From: Candidatus Poribacteria bacterium
Lineage (GTDB): Bacteria > Poribacteria > WGA-4E > JAJDTR01
Length of the DNA: 64,000 nucleotides
Direction of reading: 5' to 3'
Assembly: GCA_965222225.1 (NCBI GenBank)
Contig: CBDCTK010000002.1
Location: 2,880,001-2,944,000, forward strand
Made by a program: the position numbers and the translations under genes. The first letter of the stretch is position 1. Each line of letters begins with the position of its first letter. Below, piece by piece: positions 40,901 through 50,219 of this stretch. Below the pieces are notes generated by a model that saw only the letters and a program-made list of their open reading frames with translations, had not been told where the DNA came from and did not search any database.

Positions 40901-43900
40901 GCCGGATTGATTGGCGACTACCGAATCCTCGTTTTCCTCTGCTTCGTTGCTCTCCATACTGCTAGGCGACCCAATTTGGAACGAGTTTATCCGGAACGTG
41001 CCATCGGCTAATTCGGCGCGAATCGGTTCGACGGTTAGCATGTCGCGGTTGTTAAAATCTACGTGTAAATTGTCAAGCGTCAGTTGCGCCGAAATTCGAT
41101 CAAGGCTGTAGCCGTCCCCGTCAAGTTCGAGCCGCGAATCGACTATCGCTCGGGTAATCTTGTCGGAGAACAGATACTCGGAGATTTCGTGACTGCCGAT
41201 CTTGTTGACGAAGTGCCTCGCGAAATCGGTTAGATTGATGCCTTTTCCATCTAGCTGAAGTTGAAAAGAGGGATCAAGCGACCGAATAGGGAGCGCGATA
41301 GTGATCCCCTCAAGCGACGATTCTCCCTCCTCCCTTTCATTGGAATCGCCCTCCGCGTACGACAGAAAGAGATCGATGAGTGTGGTTTGCGTCTTTGTTC
41401 GAGGCAGCTGCCAATTCGCCTTCGCTTGATAGCGCCCCTCTCCTATCTGCCATGCGGCGGTATCTGCGGTAACTGTCAGCAGCTTGTCGGATGTCCCGTC
41501 TCCGCCAACGACTCGCAGATCAAGGTTTATGTTTTCAAGCGGCTGAGGGTAATCGAGAACGTGCACTTTGGCGTCGGTTACGCCGATTGATGCGTCAACC
41601 CTCGGGTCGCTGAACGTTCCGGTGAGATGTGCGTCGAGGTTTAGCTGTCCCTCCGTAGACAGCTTAATCGTAGGTTGCCAATCGTGGATTGCCTCGAAGA
41701 GCTGCTCTAGATTCATGGAACCCAAATCAAAATCCACGATGTATGTTCGGAGATCGACGGTTGAGGATTGAAGGCTATCGAGATCCACGGCGGCAGTGGC
41801 TTCGGCTTCCACCGGCACGCCCGTCAGGAGAAAATTGAAGGGTTCGACTGTCAGCGTTTGGTCGGCATAGGCAACCTTGCCCGACGCCTCGCTTACGACG
41901 ATCGGAACGGGGGCGTTTTCAACGCGGAGTTCGGGAATCGCCCACTCAAGCGTGAGTTCGGGGTTTGCGAGGCTTCCGGCGCCGATGAGCTTGTAGCTGG
42001 CGCTTCCGGTTAGGGTTGCGGGGAGGTCCAACACGCCGCATAAGGGTTCAAGCCGGAAGTCTCGGGATTCGGCGACAAAATCAATCGACTGATCGTCTAG
42101 CGTCAAGCAGCAAGTCACGAACGGGGTGTCAACGGTTTTCCCTTCTAAATTGGCGAGCGAGAAGGAATCAACTCTCCAGATGTTGTCGATAAAACCGAAC
42201 CTGATTGGCGCCGCATTTGTCAACCGCCTGCCGTTGACTTCGAGTGCGAGGGAAGAGATCGACGTATCAAGCGTGAATTGTGTCAAATCTAGCAGTGTGC
42301 CGCTGAGTTGGAATGTGCCGTTAGCCGTCGCCGGAATCTCTTTTAAGGCATTGTGAAATATGCCTAGTATGGGACCGATGTTTATCCCGTTGCTCCGCAT
42401 GAAAAGTTGGTAGGGGTTGCCGAGGGTCGATTCTATGATGCCGCGTATCTGGCTGCTGCCGTCAAAGCCGATGCCTTCGAATCGGAGCGCGTTCTCGGTG
42501 AACACGCCGCTGATTCGAATCTCGGGGGAATTACGATTGCCATCACCTTCAGGGATTATGGTGTGATTGTCGTAGGTGATGTCGGAGAAATCGAAATTGA
42601 CATCAACTCGCGGATTGGCGGCATTGCCTTCACCGGTCGCGTGCACGAGGAGGTCGGCGTCCAACAGAAAATCCGGTTCCGGTATAGCGCGGGCAATCGC
42701 AAGTTCTTTCAATCGCATCGGATCGCTCTGAAACTGGAGTTGATAGTCAAGCTCCGGCGTGATTTGGAAATTGATGACGCCGCGTTGTTCCCGCGCGAAC
42801 ACCTCAAAGTCGGACACGTGCACGGTGTAATCCTCTATGACTAGGGGAAGGATTAGGGGGTCGAGCGCCAAATCCCAGGCTTTCGCATCCGCGACGTTGA
42901 GCCTGCCGCGCCCGTCAATGCCGTTTAACGTCCCGTCAAGCGCCAGATTGCCGGTGACAACACCCTCGACGGGGTACTCGGCGCCTGCCAATAGCCGCAC
43001 ATAATCCGAAATCTGAAAGGGATGGGCACGGACGCGGAACTCGACGGGGATATCGCCCTCGACTTGAGCGACTCCGTCCAGGGTCAATAGGCTCTCCCCT
43101 TTGGATAGGCGGACGGGTTGGAGGGTTACGCTGCCGTTCCGATAATGGAAGTTCGCTGTCAACACGCCGATGGGCACATCGAAAAGACTGGCTTCGGGGA
43201 TTTCCAGAAATCCGGTTAGCGGAACATCCGATGTAATCTTTCCGCGGAGTGTCGCGTCGCCGCCGAGATTGGGGGCGCGTATGATTTCCATCAATTTGCC
43301 GGTGTCGATGCGCCGTATCTCCAGATCGAGATTCAACGCCCCTTCTAGACCGGCTGCGCCGTTGACTCGGATGTTGGCGTCGTCGAGATTGGCGGCAACT
43401 TGGAGTTGGTTCCCCGCTATCTCAAAACTGGCTTCCGAAACGCGGATGCGAACATCGTTCATCGTGGCTTGGTCGATTTTCAACCCGCCCGTAAGCGTTA
43501 AGGAATCAGCGATCGCCGATTTCGGATTCTCTTCGCTTTGCGGCGACACCTCTTGAGTTGTCGGCAGCGAGCCGCTGATGTGGAGGCGGCTGTCGAGGAT
43601 TCCAGTCATGGTGAGAAAGTCTTCGGGAAGGTCGATGAACACTGGGAGGATTTCCTCGACGTTGGCGCCCTCAAGCTCTGCCCAGCCATCGTAGGCAATC
43701 GGCGATTCTGCGTTCTCTTCGGATGAAGGTGTCTGCGCCGTGGTATCCCGAGGCGATTGCTCGGAAATGGACATTAGAGAAAAAAGACTTCTTCCCAGGC
43801 CCCCGAAACGCGCCTCCAAACCCGCGGTGAGTTTGCCGGACGCGAGCGTCCCATTCACGTCGGTCAACTTAAGCGCGTTCCGGTTGAATTCGGCATTGAC

Positions 43901-45169
43901 GTTGAGTTCCTCCAACTGGAAGTTGTTGAAGGCTGCCGCGCGCAACTCGAGGTGCAGGTTGCCGCTGATATCCGATGATGTCCCCTTCGCTTCGAGGTTT
44001 ATCCGCGCATTCCCGGCGACCTCGAATCGGTCGGGGAGGAGATTTTGGAAGTCACCCAAATCAATATCCAAATCGATTCTGGTCTCCAGATAGCGCGACG
44101 CCTCCGTGAAATCGCGGACTTTTCCGGCAATCGCCAAGCGCGACTTCCCCATCGCAAGTTGCATCTCTTTCAACTCACCCTCGTCCGCGAGCAGCTTGAA
44201 CCGGGTTTTGAACTCATGAATCTTCGTCTTTACGCCATTTAGCTCGAAACTCCCATCTTGAATAGCCAAGTTTCCGGTGTGCTCCCACCGATCAAGCGGT
44301 CCTTCGACCCGACTTTGAATGCCGCTGACAGCAATCTTCAGATTACGTTCGCCGTCTTCATAGTTCACGTACCCATCGACAAACTCGATATTGGAGATTC
44401 CGAATTGGAACGGCAGGCTTGAATCCGATGTGGAATCGGTTTGCGGCGCAAGTGAAGTTAGGTTGAGCCGCCCATCCTCCCGCATACGAAGGTTGAACTC
44501 GGGTCGCATGAAACGCAGCTTGGTGATGTGGAATTTGCCGCCTATCAATCGCCAAAGATCGTATTTTAACACAATCTCTTCCGCGGAGATGAACGGGTGA
44601 TGTCGAAGAAGTCTATCCGAGATTTCAAACCGCTTGAGGCTCAAGCCCGTGAAGATGTCCCCGGAAAGATGGCCGATGCTGACAATGTATTTGAAGACAT
44701 TGAATAATCGGCGATCATCAAATCGCCAGTTTCCCGTCTCGTTGCCATCGCGCCTTATGGCGTATCGCCATTTGTGGTTTTTGTCAGAGACGACCCACTC
44801 TCCAAGTTTGTCAAGGAAGGCAACGGAGACGGCAGGGGAGAATTCGACGCCGTAGTCGGCAAATGCGGATTGCAACACCTCCGGAAGCCGCCCATTATCC
44901 AACGTTACGGCATGCAGATCCGCATACTCTACCGTAAATAGAAGAGGCTGTTCGAATTGCTGACCCAGCCGCGTTTCGAGGGTTGCGCGAATTTTTTCAA
45001 GGAGATAGGCGGAGCGCAGAAACACGACAGCGCCGATGATGAGGCAGATAGGAATTGTTGTGAGTAGTGCTATGACTATGTTTCGTCGGCTCATTGGTGT
45101 AAAGGAATGTCCGGTGACCTGTGACCAACAAAAACGGGTGTCTCTATTTTCCCCGTTTACTGGCGACAA
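37913..45169 (-). CDS. tamB: Translocation/assembly module TamB-like protein (AsmA-like N-terminus, DUF490-like C-terminus)
   Basis: 2418 aa, N-terminal TM anchor, recurring 'G....P...G' beta-taco repeats, C-terminal VEYQI...GVDLKLEQRF. ATG 45094 is an alternative start. Confidence 0.82.
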   Translation of the reverse strand: MSPVNGENRDTRFCWSQVTGHSFTPMSRRNIVIALLTTIPICLIIGAVVFLRSAYLLEKIRATLETRLGQQFEQPLLFTVEYADLHAVTLDNGRLPEVLQSAFADYGVEFSPAVSVAFLDKLGEWVVSDKNHKWRYAIRRDGNETGNWRFDDRRLFNVFKYIVSIGHLSGDIFTGLSLKRFEISDRLLRHHPFISAEEIVLKYDLWRLIGGKFHITKLRFMRPEFNLRMREDGRLNLTSLAPQTDSTSDSSLPFQFGISNIEFVDGYVNYEDGERNLKIAVSGIQSRVEGPLDRWEHTGNLAIQDGSFELNGVKTKIHEFKTRFKLLADEGELKEMQLAMGKSRLAIAGKVRDFTEASRYLETRIDLDIDLGDFQNLLPDRFEVAGNARINLEAKGTSSDISGNLHLELRAAAFNNFQLEELNVNAEFNRNALKLTDVNGTLASGKLTAGLEARFGGLGRSLFSLMSISEQSPRDTTAQTPSSEENAESPIAYDGWAELEGANVEEILPVFIDLPEDFLTMTGILDSRLHISGSLPTTQEVSPQSEENPKSAIADSLTLTGGLKIDQATMNDVRIRVSEASFEIAGNQLQVAANLDDANIRVNGAAGLEGALNLDLEIRRIDTGKLMEIIRAPNLGGDATLRGKITSDVPLTGFLEIPEASLFDVPIGVLTANFHYRNGSVTLQPVRLSKGESLLTLDGVAQVEGDIPVEFRVRAHPFQISDYVRLLAGAEYPVEGVVTGNLALDGTLNGIDGRGRLNVADAKAWDLALDPLILPLVIEDYTVHVSDFEVFAREQRGVINFQITPELDYQLQFQSDPMRLKELAIARAIPEPDFLLDADLLVHATGEGNAANPRVDVNFDFSDITYDNHTIIPEGDGNRNSPEIRISGVFTENALRFEGIGFDGSSQIRGIIESTLGNPYQLFMRSNGINIGPILGIFHNALKEIPATANGTFQLSGTLLDLTQFTLDTSISSLALEVNGRRLTNAAPIRFGFIDNIWRVDSFSLANLEGKTVDTPFVTCCLTLDDQSIDFVAESRDFRLEPLCGVLDLPATLTGSASYKLIGAGSLANPELTLEWAIPELRVENAPVPIVVSEASGKVAYADQTLTVEPFNFLLTGVPVEAEATAAVDLDSLQSSTVDLRTYIVDFDLGSMNLEQLFEAIHDWQPTIKLSTEGQLNLDAHLTGTFSDPRVDASIGVTDAKVHVLDYPQPLENINLDLRVVGGDGTSDKLLTVTADTAAWQIGEGRYQAKANWQLPRTKTQTTLIDLFLSYAEGDSNEREEGESSLEGITIALPIRSLDPSFQLQLDGKGINLTDFARHFVNKIGSHEISEYLFSDKITRAIVDSRLELDGDGYSLDRISAQLTLDNLHVDFNNRDMLTVEPIRAELADGTFRINSFQIGSPSSMESNEAEENEDSVVANQSGNRPSPNIAKWADTRGWINLDGDLEFDFELTGFPFGALLPGMTVPLFNSTVGVEASLTGVAHVGGNIANPVIDAEWEAHGSVGDQLTSHFLEFTDTGQVEYRERVFEIKQTQLSGYGNHLRIQGTIPIDLRLQPHDLKDRFLDQPVNLEIRSQEADLSFLSRFQPQLETTSGIADINLKIRGTTAAPHLYGTASLQGGMVKFTNFDTPISDARLSLRVEQDELRVPEFRFEIGEGKYALNVYCDMNGLLPRTVEVRSFHAQQAQLSDFARNVLPAKMAANLTGHVTAQGHLSLPIERFVTAGDAPWLPKIILPLTPHNLASYAAGGLKVEELFINALDYEVRNLNPLECHLAAGQLNLADGFILQDQRVGIGEKERFTLVVENGQWSVSGKEAVIADDEAPYTGHYVLDMRTSNLNLGFVSDFLPDGYAVDGRLNSELHVRGTGENPEITCRWDTFNLSINRARVDECVGRIAYRNGKLHTEEPARFVIGSNRADFSGSIPLDLSLDRLHANLPTSNLPGQANTIEGRLDVFIEDLEFLPLIQKQVGFAEGSGSVNVTIGGEIDAPRLKGVANFADLAFDLPDANINVKNTDVTVDFTNEGFQIRHWEGVLNGGAYRADGYGTSNWHRVGYLDLTATLEGGSTFEDYGLYRITCGEVNLFMKGAVGGGESGNLMIANSADSVEGLPPIQGSVRILEGTYERHWQDLVNEWFDQAAKIHLEVWSDYPVMRDLRFDLDVHAPNDFRVISNLGKLDIEVSIDGKLSGRIQKPSFIGRVNLLPTSEFSLNGIIYRFTIEEGSFVENTNPYEFNPRYEINAKTLDPIERVQVISTDGSDHTRDVEIRAHFSGYLKQEEQRHHSQFYADVLYRGASEEYNLSQMQILFILATGDAARERSPLGASVPLIVRPSQQYLQNRLAQLIGMHEVVWDHDPTDIGKPRVLLSKEIFDRLLISYSSTLKIHGEPRIEVEYQIKRGLSVTGERSEHGKYGVDLKLEQRF

Positions 45170-45999
45170 CCACCGACGAGTTCTTGATGCGCTTGATCTA
45201 CCATCTGCTCAACGAGGTTAAGCGCGAAGGATTGCGCTCTATGCCCATCCTCGTTAATCCAAAGGAGATATTCGATGTTGCCTGCGGGACCCCGGATAGG
45301 CGAGTGCGTAATTCCCAACACGGACATCTCCATCTCCCGGACAAATTGAATGAGGGTTCGGATAACGTTGAGGTGAATCTGTGGATCGCGAACGACGCCC
45401 CCCTTATTGACGTATTCTTTGCCTGCCTCGAATTGCGGCTTAATCAAGAGGATGAGGTCGCTCCCCGCTTCGACGCATCCCTTCACCGCGGGTAACATCG
45501 TGCGCAGCGAGATAAACGAAACGTCAACAACGCAAATCTCTACCGGGAGATCGAATAGCGTTCGATCTATCGCGCGGGCGTTGGTACGTTCGATAACTCC
45601 CACCCTCGAATCTTGGCGCAGTTTCCACGCCAATTGACCGTAGCCCACATCCACGGCATAGACGTGCCGCGCGCCGTTTTGGAGAAGGCAGTCCGTGAAT
45701 CCGCCGGTAGACGCCCCGACATCGAGCGCGGTTTTCCCCAAAACGTCCACATCGAAAACATGGAGCGCTTTCTCCAGCTTCAGCCCGCCGCGGCTCACAT
45801 ATCGGAGCGGTTGTTTTATCTCAATGCTCGCGTCTACCGGGACGCTCTGTCCCGGCTTGGAATGCAATTCACCTTCGACGAGGACTTCACCCGCAAGAAT
45901 AAGCCGCTTCGCTTGTTCTCGGCTATCGACAAGCTCCCGATCTGCGAGGAGTGTATCAAGCCGTTGTTTGTTAGGATTGTGGATCGTCGTAGGTTGCAT
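45157..45999 (-). CDS. tlyA: TlyA-family rRNA methyltransferase
   Basis: S4-like RLD.LL..R, YVSRGGLKLEKAL, DVGASTGGFTDCLLQ, LIKPQFE and GN.EY motifs. Confidence 0.96.
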   Translation of the reverse strand: MQPTTIHNPNKQRLDTLLADRELVDSREQAKRLILAGEVLVEGELHSKPGQSVPVDASIEIKQPLRYVSRGGLKLEKALHVFDVDVLGKTALDVGASTGGFTDCLLQNGARHVYAVDVGYGQLAWKLRQDSRVGVIERTNARAIDRTLFDLPVEICVVDVSFISLRTMLPAVKGCVEAGSDLILLIKPQFEAGKEYVNKGGVVRDPQIHLNVIRTLIQFVREMEMSVLGITHSPIRGPAGNIEYLLWINEDGHRAQSFALNLVEQMVDQAHQELVGGCRQ

Positions 46000-46398
46000 A
46001 AAAACAGTGGCTAGTGGGGAAATCCATCTAAGAAGGGAATCGGCGATGTGATGATTGGAGATTCCGTTCTAGCGCTTAGAGCCTGTTTGAATAATTAGGT
46101 GTCAAAGCCATTTTTGGGCATCAGAGGCATTTAAGTTGCTACTACTTTGAAATTCTCAACCGTGATTTGATGATTGAAGATTGCTCCTACAGGACATACT
46201 TCATTAAGAAAAGGCTGGTGCGCAGTGCGCACCCTACATCGGCTATCGACAAGCTCCCGATCCGCGAGGAGTGTATCAAGCCGTTGTTTGTTAGGATTGT
46301 GGATCGTCGTAGGTTGCATAAAAACAGTGGCTAGTGGGGAAATCCATCTAAGAAGGGAATCGGCGATGTGATGATTAAAGATTCCATTCTAGCGCTTA
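45919..46398. repeat. 160-bp direct duplication of the tlyA 5' end and upstream region (45919-46078 and 46239-46398) around a repeat insert
   Basis: Near-identical copies 320 nt apart; produce the truncated ORF 46131..46319. Confidence 0.9.
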
Positions 46399-46547
46399 CA
46401 AAGGCTGATGTGAGAAGAAAACAAGAGGAGAATCAAGGAAGGGAATTTGAAAAGAGGAAATCGGGGATTGATGATTGCGAATCCCGGCACTTCTATAATC
46501 AGATGCGATTCCCTTTCTATCTGGCGGTATCCAATAGCCGGGAATAT

Positions 46548-46948
46548 TTATCGGCCCTCAACGCTGTCAGCTTTGCCATGTATTCGTTCCCTGATTTCCG
46601 CGCGTAAATCGTTTGCCACGCCGTCCATTTTATCTAGCACTTTCATTATGTCCGTATGGTGTGCGTCATAAAGCCCATCCATCCTGTCGCTGAGCTTGTC
46701 CATCCTGTCGTCGAGTTTGCTCATTTTGCAGAGAGCCTATCTGCGAGACTCCCCATGTCTGCGCTGAGCCTGTCTGCGAGATTCTTCATGTCTGCGCGCA
46801 GTTTGTCATTTAATCTGTACATATCGGCTCTGAGTTCCGATATGTCCTTTTTTGTTGCCATGCTCGTAGTAAGTTTCCACCACAATGCGGCAATCCCGAC
46901 CAGCGGCGCAATAACTGGCGCGATAACTTTAATCCATTCTTCCATCAC
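46548..46948 (-). pseudogene. Small TM-anchored coiled-coil protein, frameshifted in an A-run near 46724
   Basis: AAGGAG RBS; 11-aa repeats LRADM..L.D(K/R); the reading continues as MSKLDDRMDKLSDR...VEGR* in another frame. Confidence 0.65.
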
Positions 46949-47090
46949 TTTTCTCCTTTAGGGGTCAGCGGTTGGACTAGAATTTCAATTATAACACCGT
47001 CGCAGCCGATTTTCAACCTCTGCCTATCAACCACAGGACAATCGCATCCAATTATGGGTAGTAGAAACGTCTTCTACCTCGCTTGACCGC

Positions 47091-48950
47091 TCACTTCCCT
47101 ACAAGCTTCCGCCCTTCGCGCACAACCGCTTCCTCGTCACAACCACACAGGCTGTACAGCGTCTTCACATCGCCGTGCTCAATGAACTGATCCGGGATAC
47201 CGAGACGCCTCACTTGAACGCCTTGAATCCCCCGATGCGCGAGCGCCTCCAACACCGCGCTTCCAAAGCCACCCATCAGCACGCCGTCCTCAATCGTAAT
47301 AACCCGCCCGATTCTTTCCGCCAGCGACACAATCAACTCCTCGTCAAGCGGTTTGACGAAACGCGCATTGACGACGGCAGCGGAGATTCCGAAATCCGCC
47401 AACACGTCCGCGGCTTCGACAGCGGGATACACACGATTCCCGATGGCGACAATCAGCAGATCTTCGCCCTCGCGGAGGACTTCTCCCTTCCCGATAGGCA
47501 ACGCCTGCGATTCATTCTGCATGGGAACGCCAATCCCTGCACCGCGGGGATAACGAAAGGCGATTGGTCCATCCTCGTACTCAACGGCGGTGCTTACCAT
47601 GTGTTGCAGTTCATCTTCATCTTTGGGCGCCATCGCCACCATGTTCGGCAACGAGCGCAAATAGGCGTAGTCGAACACGCCGTGATGGGTGGGACCGTCG
47701 GCGCCCACAAGCCCGGCGCGGTCCAAGACGAAGGTCACGGGCAAGTTTTGGATACAAACATCGTGAATCACCTGATCATAAGCGCGTTGCAGGAAGGTGG
47801 AATAAACGGCGACAACCGGCTTGATTCCCTGAGTCGCCAACCCGGCGGCGAAGGTGACGGCGCACTGTTCAGCCAGACCCACATCGAAGAACCGTTTGGG
47901 GAACGCCTCTTGGAACTTGTCCAATCCGGTGCCGCTGGGCATTGCCGCGGTCACACCCACAATTCGAGAGTCGCCCTTTGCCAGTTTGATTAACGTTTGA
48001 CTGAACACATCGGTATACGCGGGTACTGAGGATTTGGCGGCGATAAACTTGCCGGTCTGAACATCGAGTTTGCCGCTGAGGCTATAGAATCCCACAGGAT
48101 CGGTTTCGGCGGGGGCGTACCCTTTCCCTTTCCGAGTGCTGACATGCAACAGAATCGGACCTTGCAGCGCCTTGACGCCCTCAAGTACCGGCAACACGGC
48201 TTCAAGGTCGTTGCCGTCGAGGGGCCCGAAGTACCGAAAACCGAACTCCTCGAACAGCGTGCCCGGCTTGAGCGCAGCTTCTATCTTCCGCGCCACGAGT
48301 TTGGCGTCGGGCGAGATGAAATCCATGAACTCTTTGGCTCCGGATCTGAGGACATTGTACGCCTTGTTGCTCGTGAGCCGATTAAAGTATTTCGAGAACG
48401 CCCCGACGGTCGCGGATATCGACATCTGGTTATCGTTGAGCACCACGATCATATCGGTCCGGAAATCGCCCGCGGCATTCAGCGCCTCGAACGCCATGCC
48501 TCCCGTAAGTCCGCCGTCACCGATCACGGCGACAACTTTGTAATTCTCCTTGTTGATTTCCCGTGCGGTGGCGATTCCTAGCGCGGCGGCGAGTGAGGTG
48601 CTCGAATGACCCGCGCCGAACACATCGTACTCGCTCTCTTCTCGGCTCAAAAAGCCGCTGATGCCCCCGTATTCGCGCACGGTCGGGAACTGATCGCGCC
48701 TTCCGGTCAATAGCTTGTGGGGATAGGCTTGGTGCCCGATATCCCAGATGACCCGATCGCGCGGGGTGTCAAAAACGCGATGAAGCGCGATGGCAAGTTC
48801 AATCGTTCCAAAGTTTGGCGCAAAATGCCCCGGGTGTTCGGACAGTACGGCGAGCATATATTCGCGAATCTCCTGAGCCAGAGTTTTCAACTCTGCGAGG
48901 CTTAATGATTTCAGATTCGCGGGACTGTCGATTTTTTCGAGTATCATCAA
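47091..48950 (-). CDS. dxs: 1-deoxy-D-xylulose-5-phosphate synthase
   Basis: WDIGHQAY.HK.LTGR, GHSSTS, GDG.LTGGMAFEALN, DVG.AEQ and DGPTHHG motifs. Confidence 0.98.
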   Translation of the reverse strand: MMILEKIDSPANLKSLSLAELKTLAQEIREYMLAVLSEHPGHFAPNFGTIELAIALHRVFDTPRDRVIWDIGHQAYPHKLLTGRRDQFPTVREYGGISGFLSREESEYDVFGAGHSSTSLAAALGIATAREINKENYKVVAVIGDGGLTGGMAFEALNAAGDFRTDMIVVLNDNQMSISATVGAFSKYFNRLTSNKAYNVLRSGAKEFMDFISPDAKLVARKIEAALKPGTLFEEFGFRYFGPLDGNDLEAVLPVLEGVKALQGPILLHVSTRKGKGYAPAETDPVGFYSLSGKLDVQTGKFIAAKSSVPAYTDVFSQTLIKLAKGDSRIVGVTAAMPSGTGLDKFQEAFPKRFFDVGLAEQCAVTFAAGLATQGIKPVVAVYSTFLQRAYDQVIHDVCIQNLPVTFVLDRAGLVGADGPTHHGVFDYAYLRSLPNMVAMAPKDEDELQHMVSTAVEYEDGPIAFRYPRGAGIGVPMQNESQALPIGKGEVLREGEDLLIVAIGNRVYPAVEAADVLADFGISAAVVNARFVKPLDEELIVSLAERIGRVITIEDGVLMGGFGSAVLEALAHRGIQGVQVRRLGIPDQFIEHGDVKTLYSLCGCDEEAVVREGRKLVGK

Positions 48951-49155
48951 TAGACTCCATGACAGGTTGAGACAACCGTCAAATTATACCATTTCTCTAA
49001 AATTCAAGTGCATTGATTGCGTGGGTCAAGTAAAGAAACTTATTTGGATCGGAGTAAGAGGCCTTGTCTCCACGCAAAGTGGGCGGGGGAAGGGGATCTC
49101 TATCGCATTCGCTATTCGCTCATTTGATCGTCGCTGGTGCGTTCAAAGGCTGGTG

Positions 49156-49727
49156 CGCAGTGCGCACCCTACAAGATGGCAATTCGGAATTGTACTTTTG
49201 TACAAAGTCGAGCTTAGGGCCTGTTTGAATAATAGGTGGCAAAGCAATTTCGGTCACTTTGGGCGCGGCTTTTTCATGCTTTTGTGGTCGCCTGCTATAC
49301 ACCTGTCAGGATTTCTATCGTATTCGCTATTCGCTCGCTTGATCCCACGCTGGGGCTTTCAAAGGCTGGTAGGATCTCTATCGCGCTCATTATTCATTCG
49401 CTTGATCGCAGTGCGCACCCTACAAGATGGCAATTCGGAATTGTACTTTTGTACAAAGTCGAGCTTAGGGCCTGTTTGAATAATAGGTGGCAAAGCAATT
49501 TCGGTCACTTTGGGCGCGGCTTTTTCATGCTTTTGTGGTCGCCTGCTATACACCTGTCAGGATTTCTATCGTATTCGCTATTCGCTCGCTTGATCCCACG
49601 CTGGGGCTTTCAAAGGCTGGTAGGATCTCTATCGCGCTCATTATTCATTCGCTTGATCGCAGTGCGCACCCTACAAGATGGCAATTTGGAATTGTACTTT
49701 CGTACAAAGTCAAGCTTAGGGCCTGTT
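49156..49727. repeat. 251-bp tandem repeat, about 2.3 copies, built from REP, IS-end-like and family-A modules
   Basis: Units start at 49156, 49407 and 49658. Confidence 0.9.
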
Positions 49728-49766
49728 GGTAACGACATTCGGGGGCCGAAGGACAGTCAAACTCGC

Positions 49767-50060
49767 CTAGAAGGGGATGACGTCCTCCGTTTCCGAGGCG
49801 GCTTCGGATTCCGCACCTTGAGCCGCTTCACCTTCACTTTCGGTCAGTGACGTATCCGGATCGCTCTCCTCATCCTCAACCAGTCGCCGTACCCGCAACT
49901 CCGCCTCCTCAAGCGTCTTGCGGCACAACCGCGTCAATCGAACACCCTCCTCGAACGCCGCCAAAGATTCATCCAACGTCAACGAATCCCCACGTTCAAG
50001 CCGATCGACCACGTCTTCAAGCTGTTTTAGAGTTTCCTCAAACGTCAATTCTTCAGACAT
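49767..50060 (-). CDS. xseB: Exodeoxyribonuclease VII small subunit with acidic tail
   Basis: TFEE.L..LE.VV..LE.G...L.ESL..FEEG..L...C...L..AE motif; downstream of xseA. Confidence 0.95.
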   Translation of the reverse strand: MSEELTFEETLKQLEDVVDRLERGDSLTLDESLAAFEEGVRLTRLCRKTLEEAELRVRRLVEDEESDPDTSLTESEGEAAQGAESEAASETEDVIPF

Positions 50061-50219
50061 AAGTGTTCCTTTTCAGCATCTCTCAATATTAGGGTTCATC
50101 TTCTGAAACGAACCAACCTGTAGTGTGGAAGATTGGAAGGATGAAAGAACGGAAGAAAAAGACATTCGAAGAGGAAACATTGGTGATTTGACGATGGTAG
50201 AATCTTCTTTGTAGAAAGC

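Noticed and set aside
47175-47993. Long antisense ORFs opposite dxs, selD, tamB and PhyH
   Set aside because: These are shadow frames of GC-rich genes with well-supported products on the other strand.
48967-49850. ORFs 48967..49479 and 49236..49850
   Set aside because: They are translations of the 251-bp repeat with no protein-like motifs.
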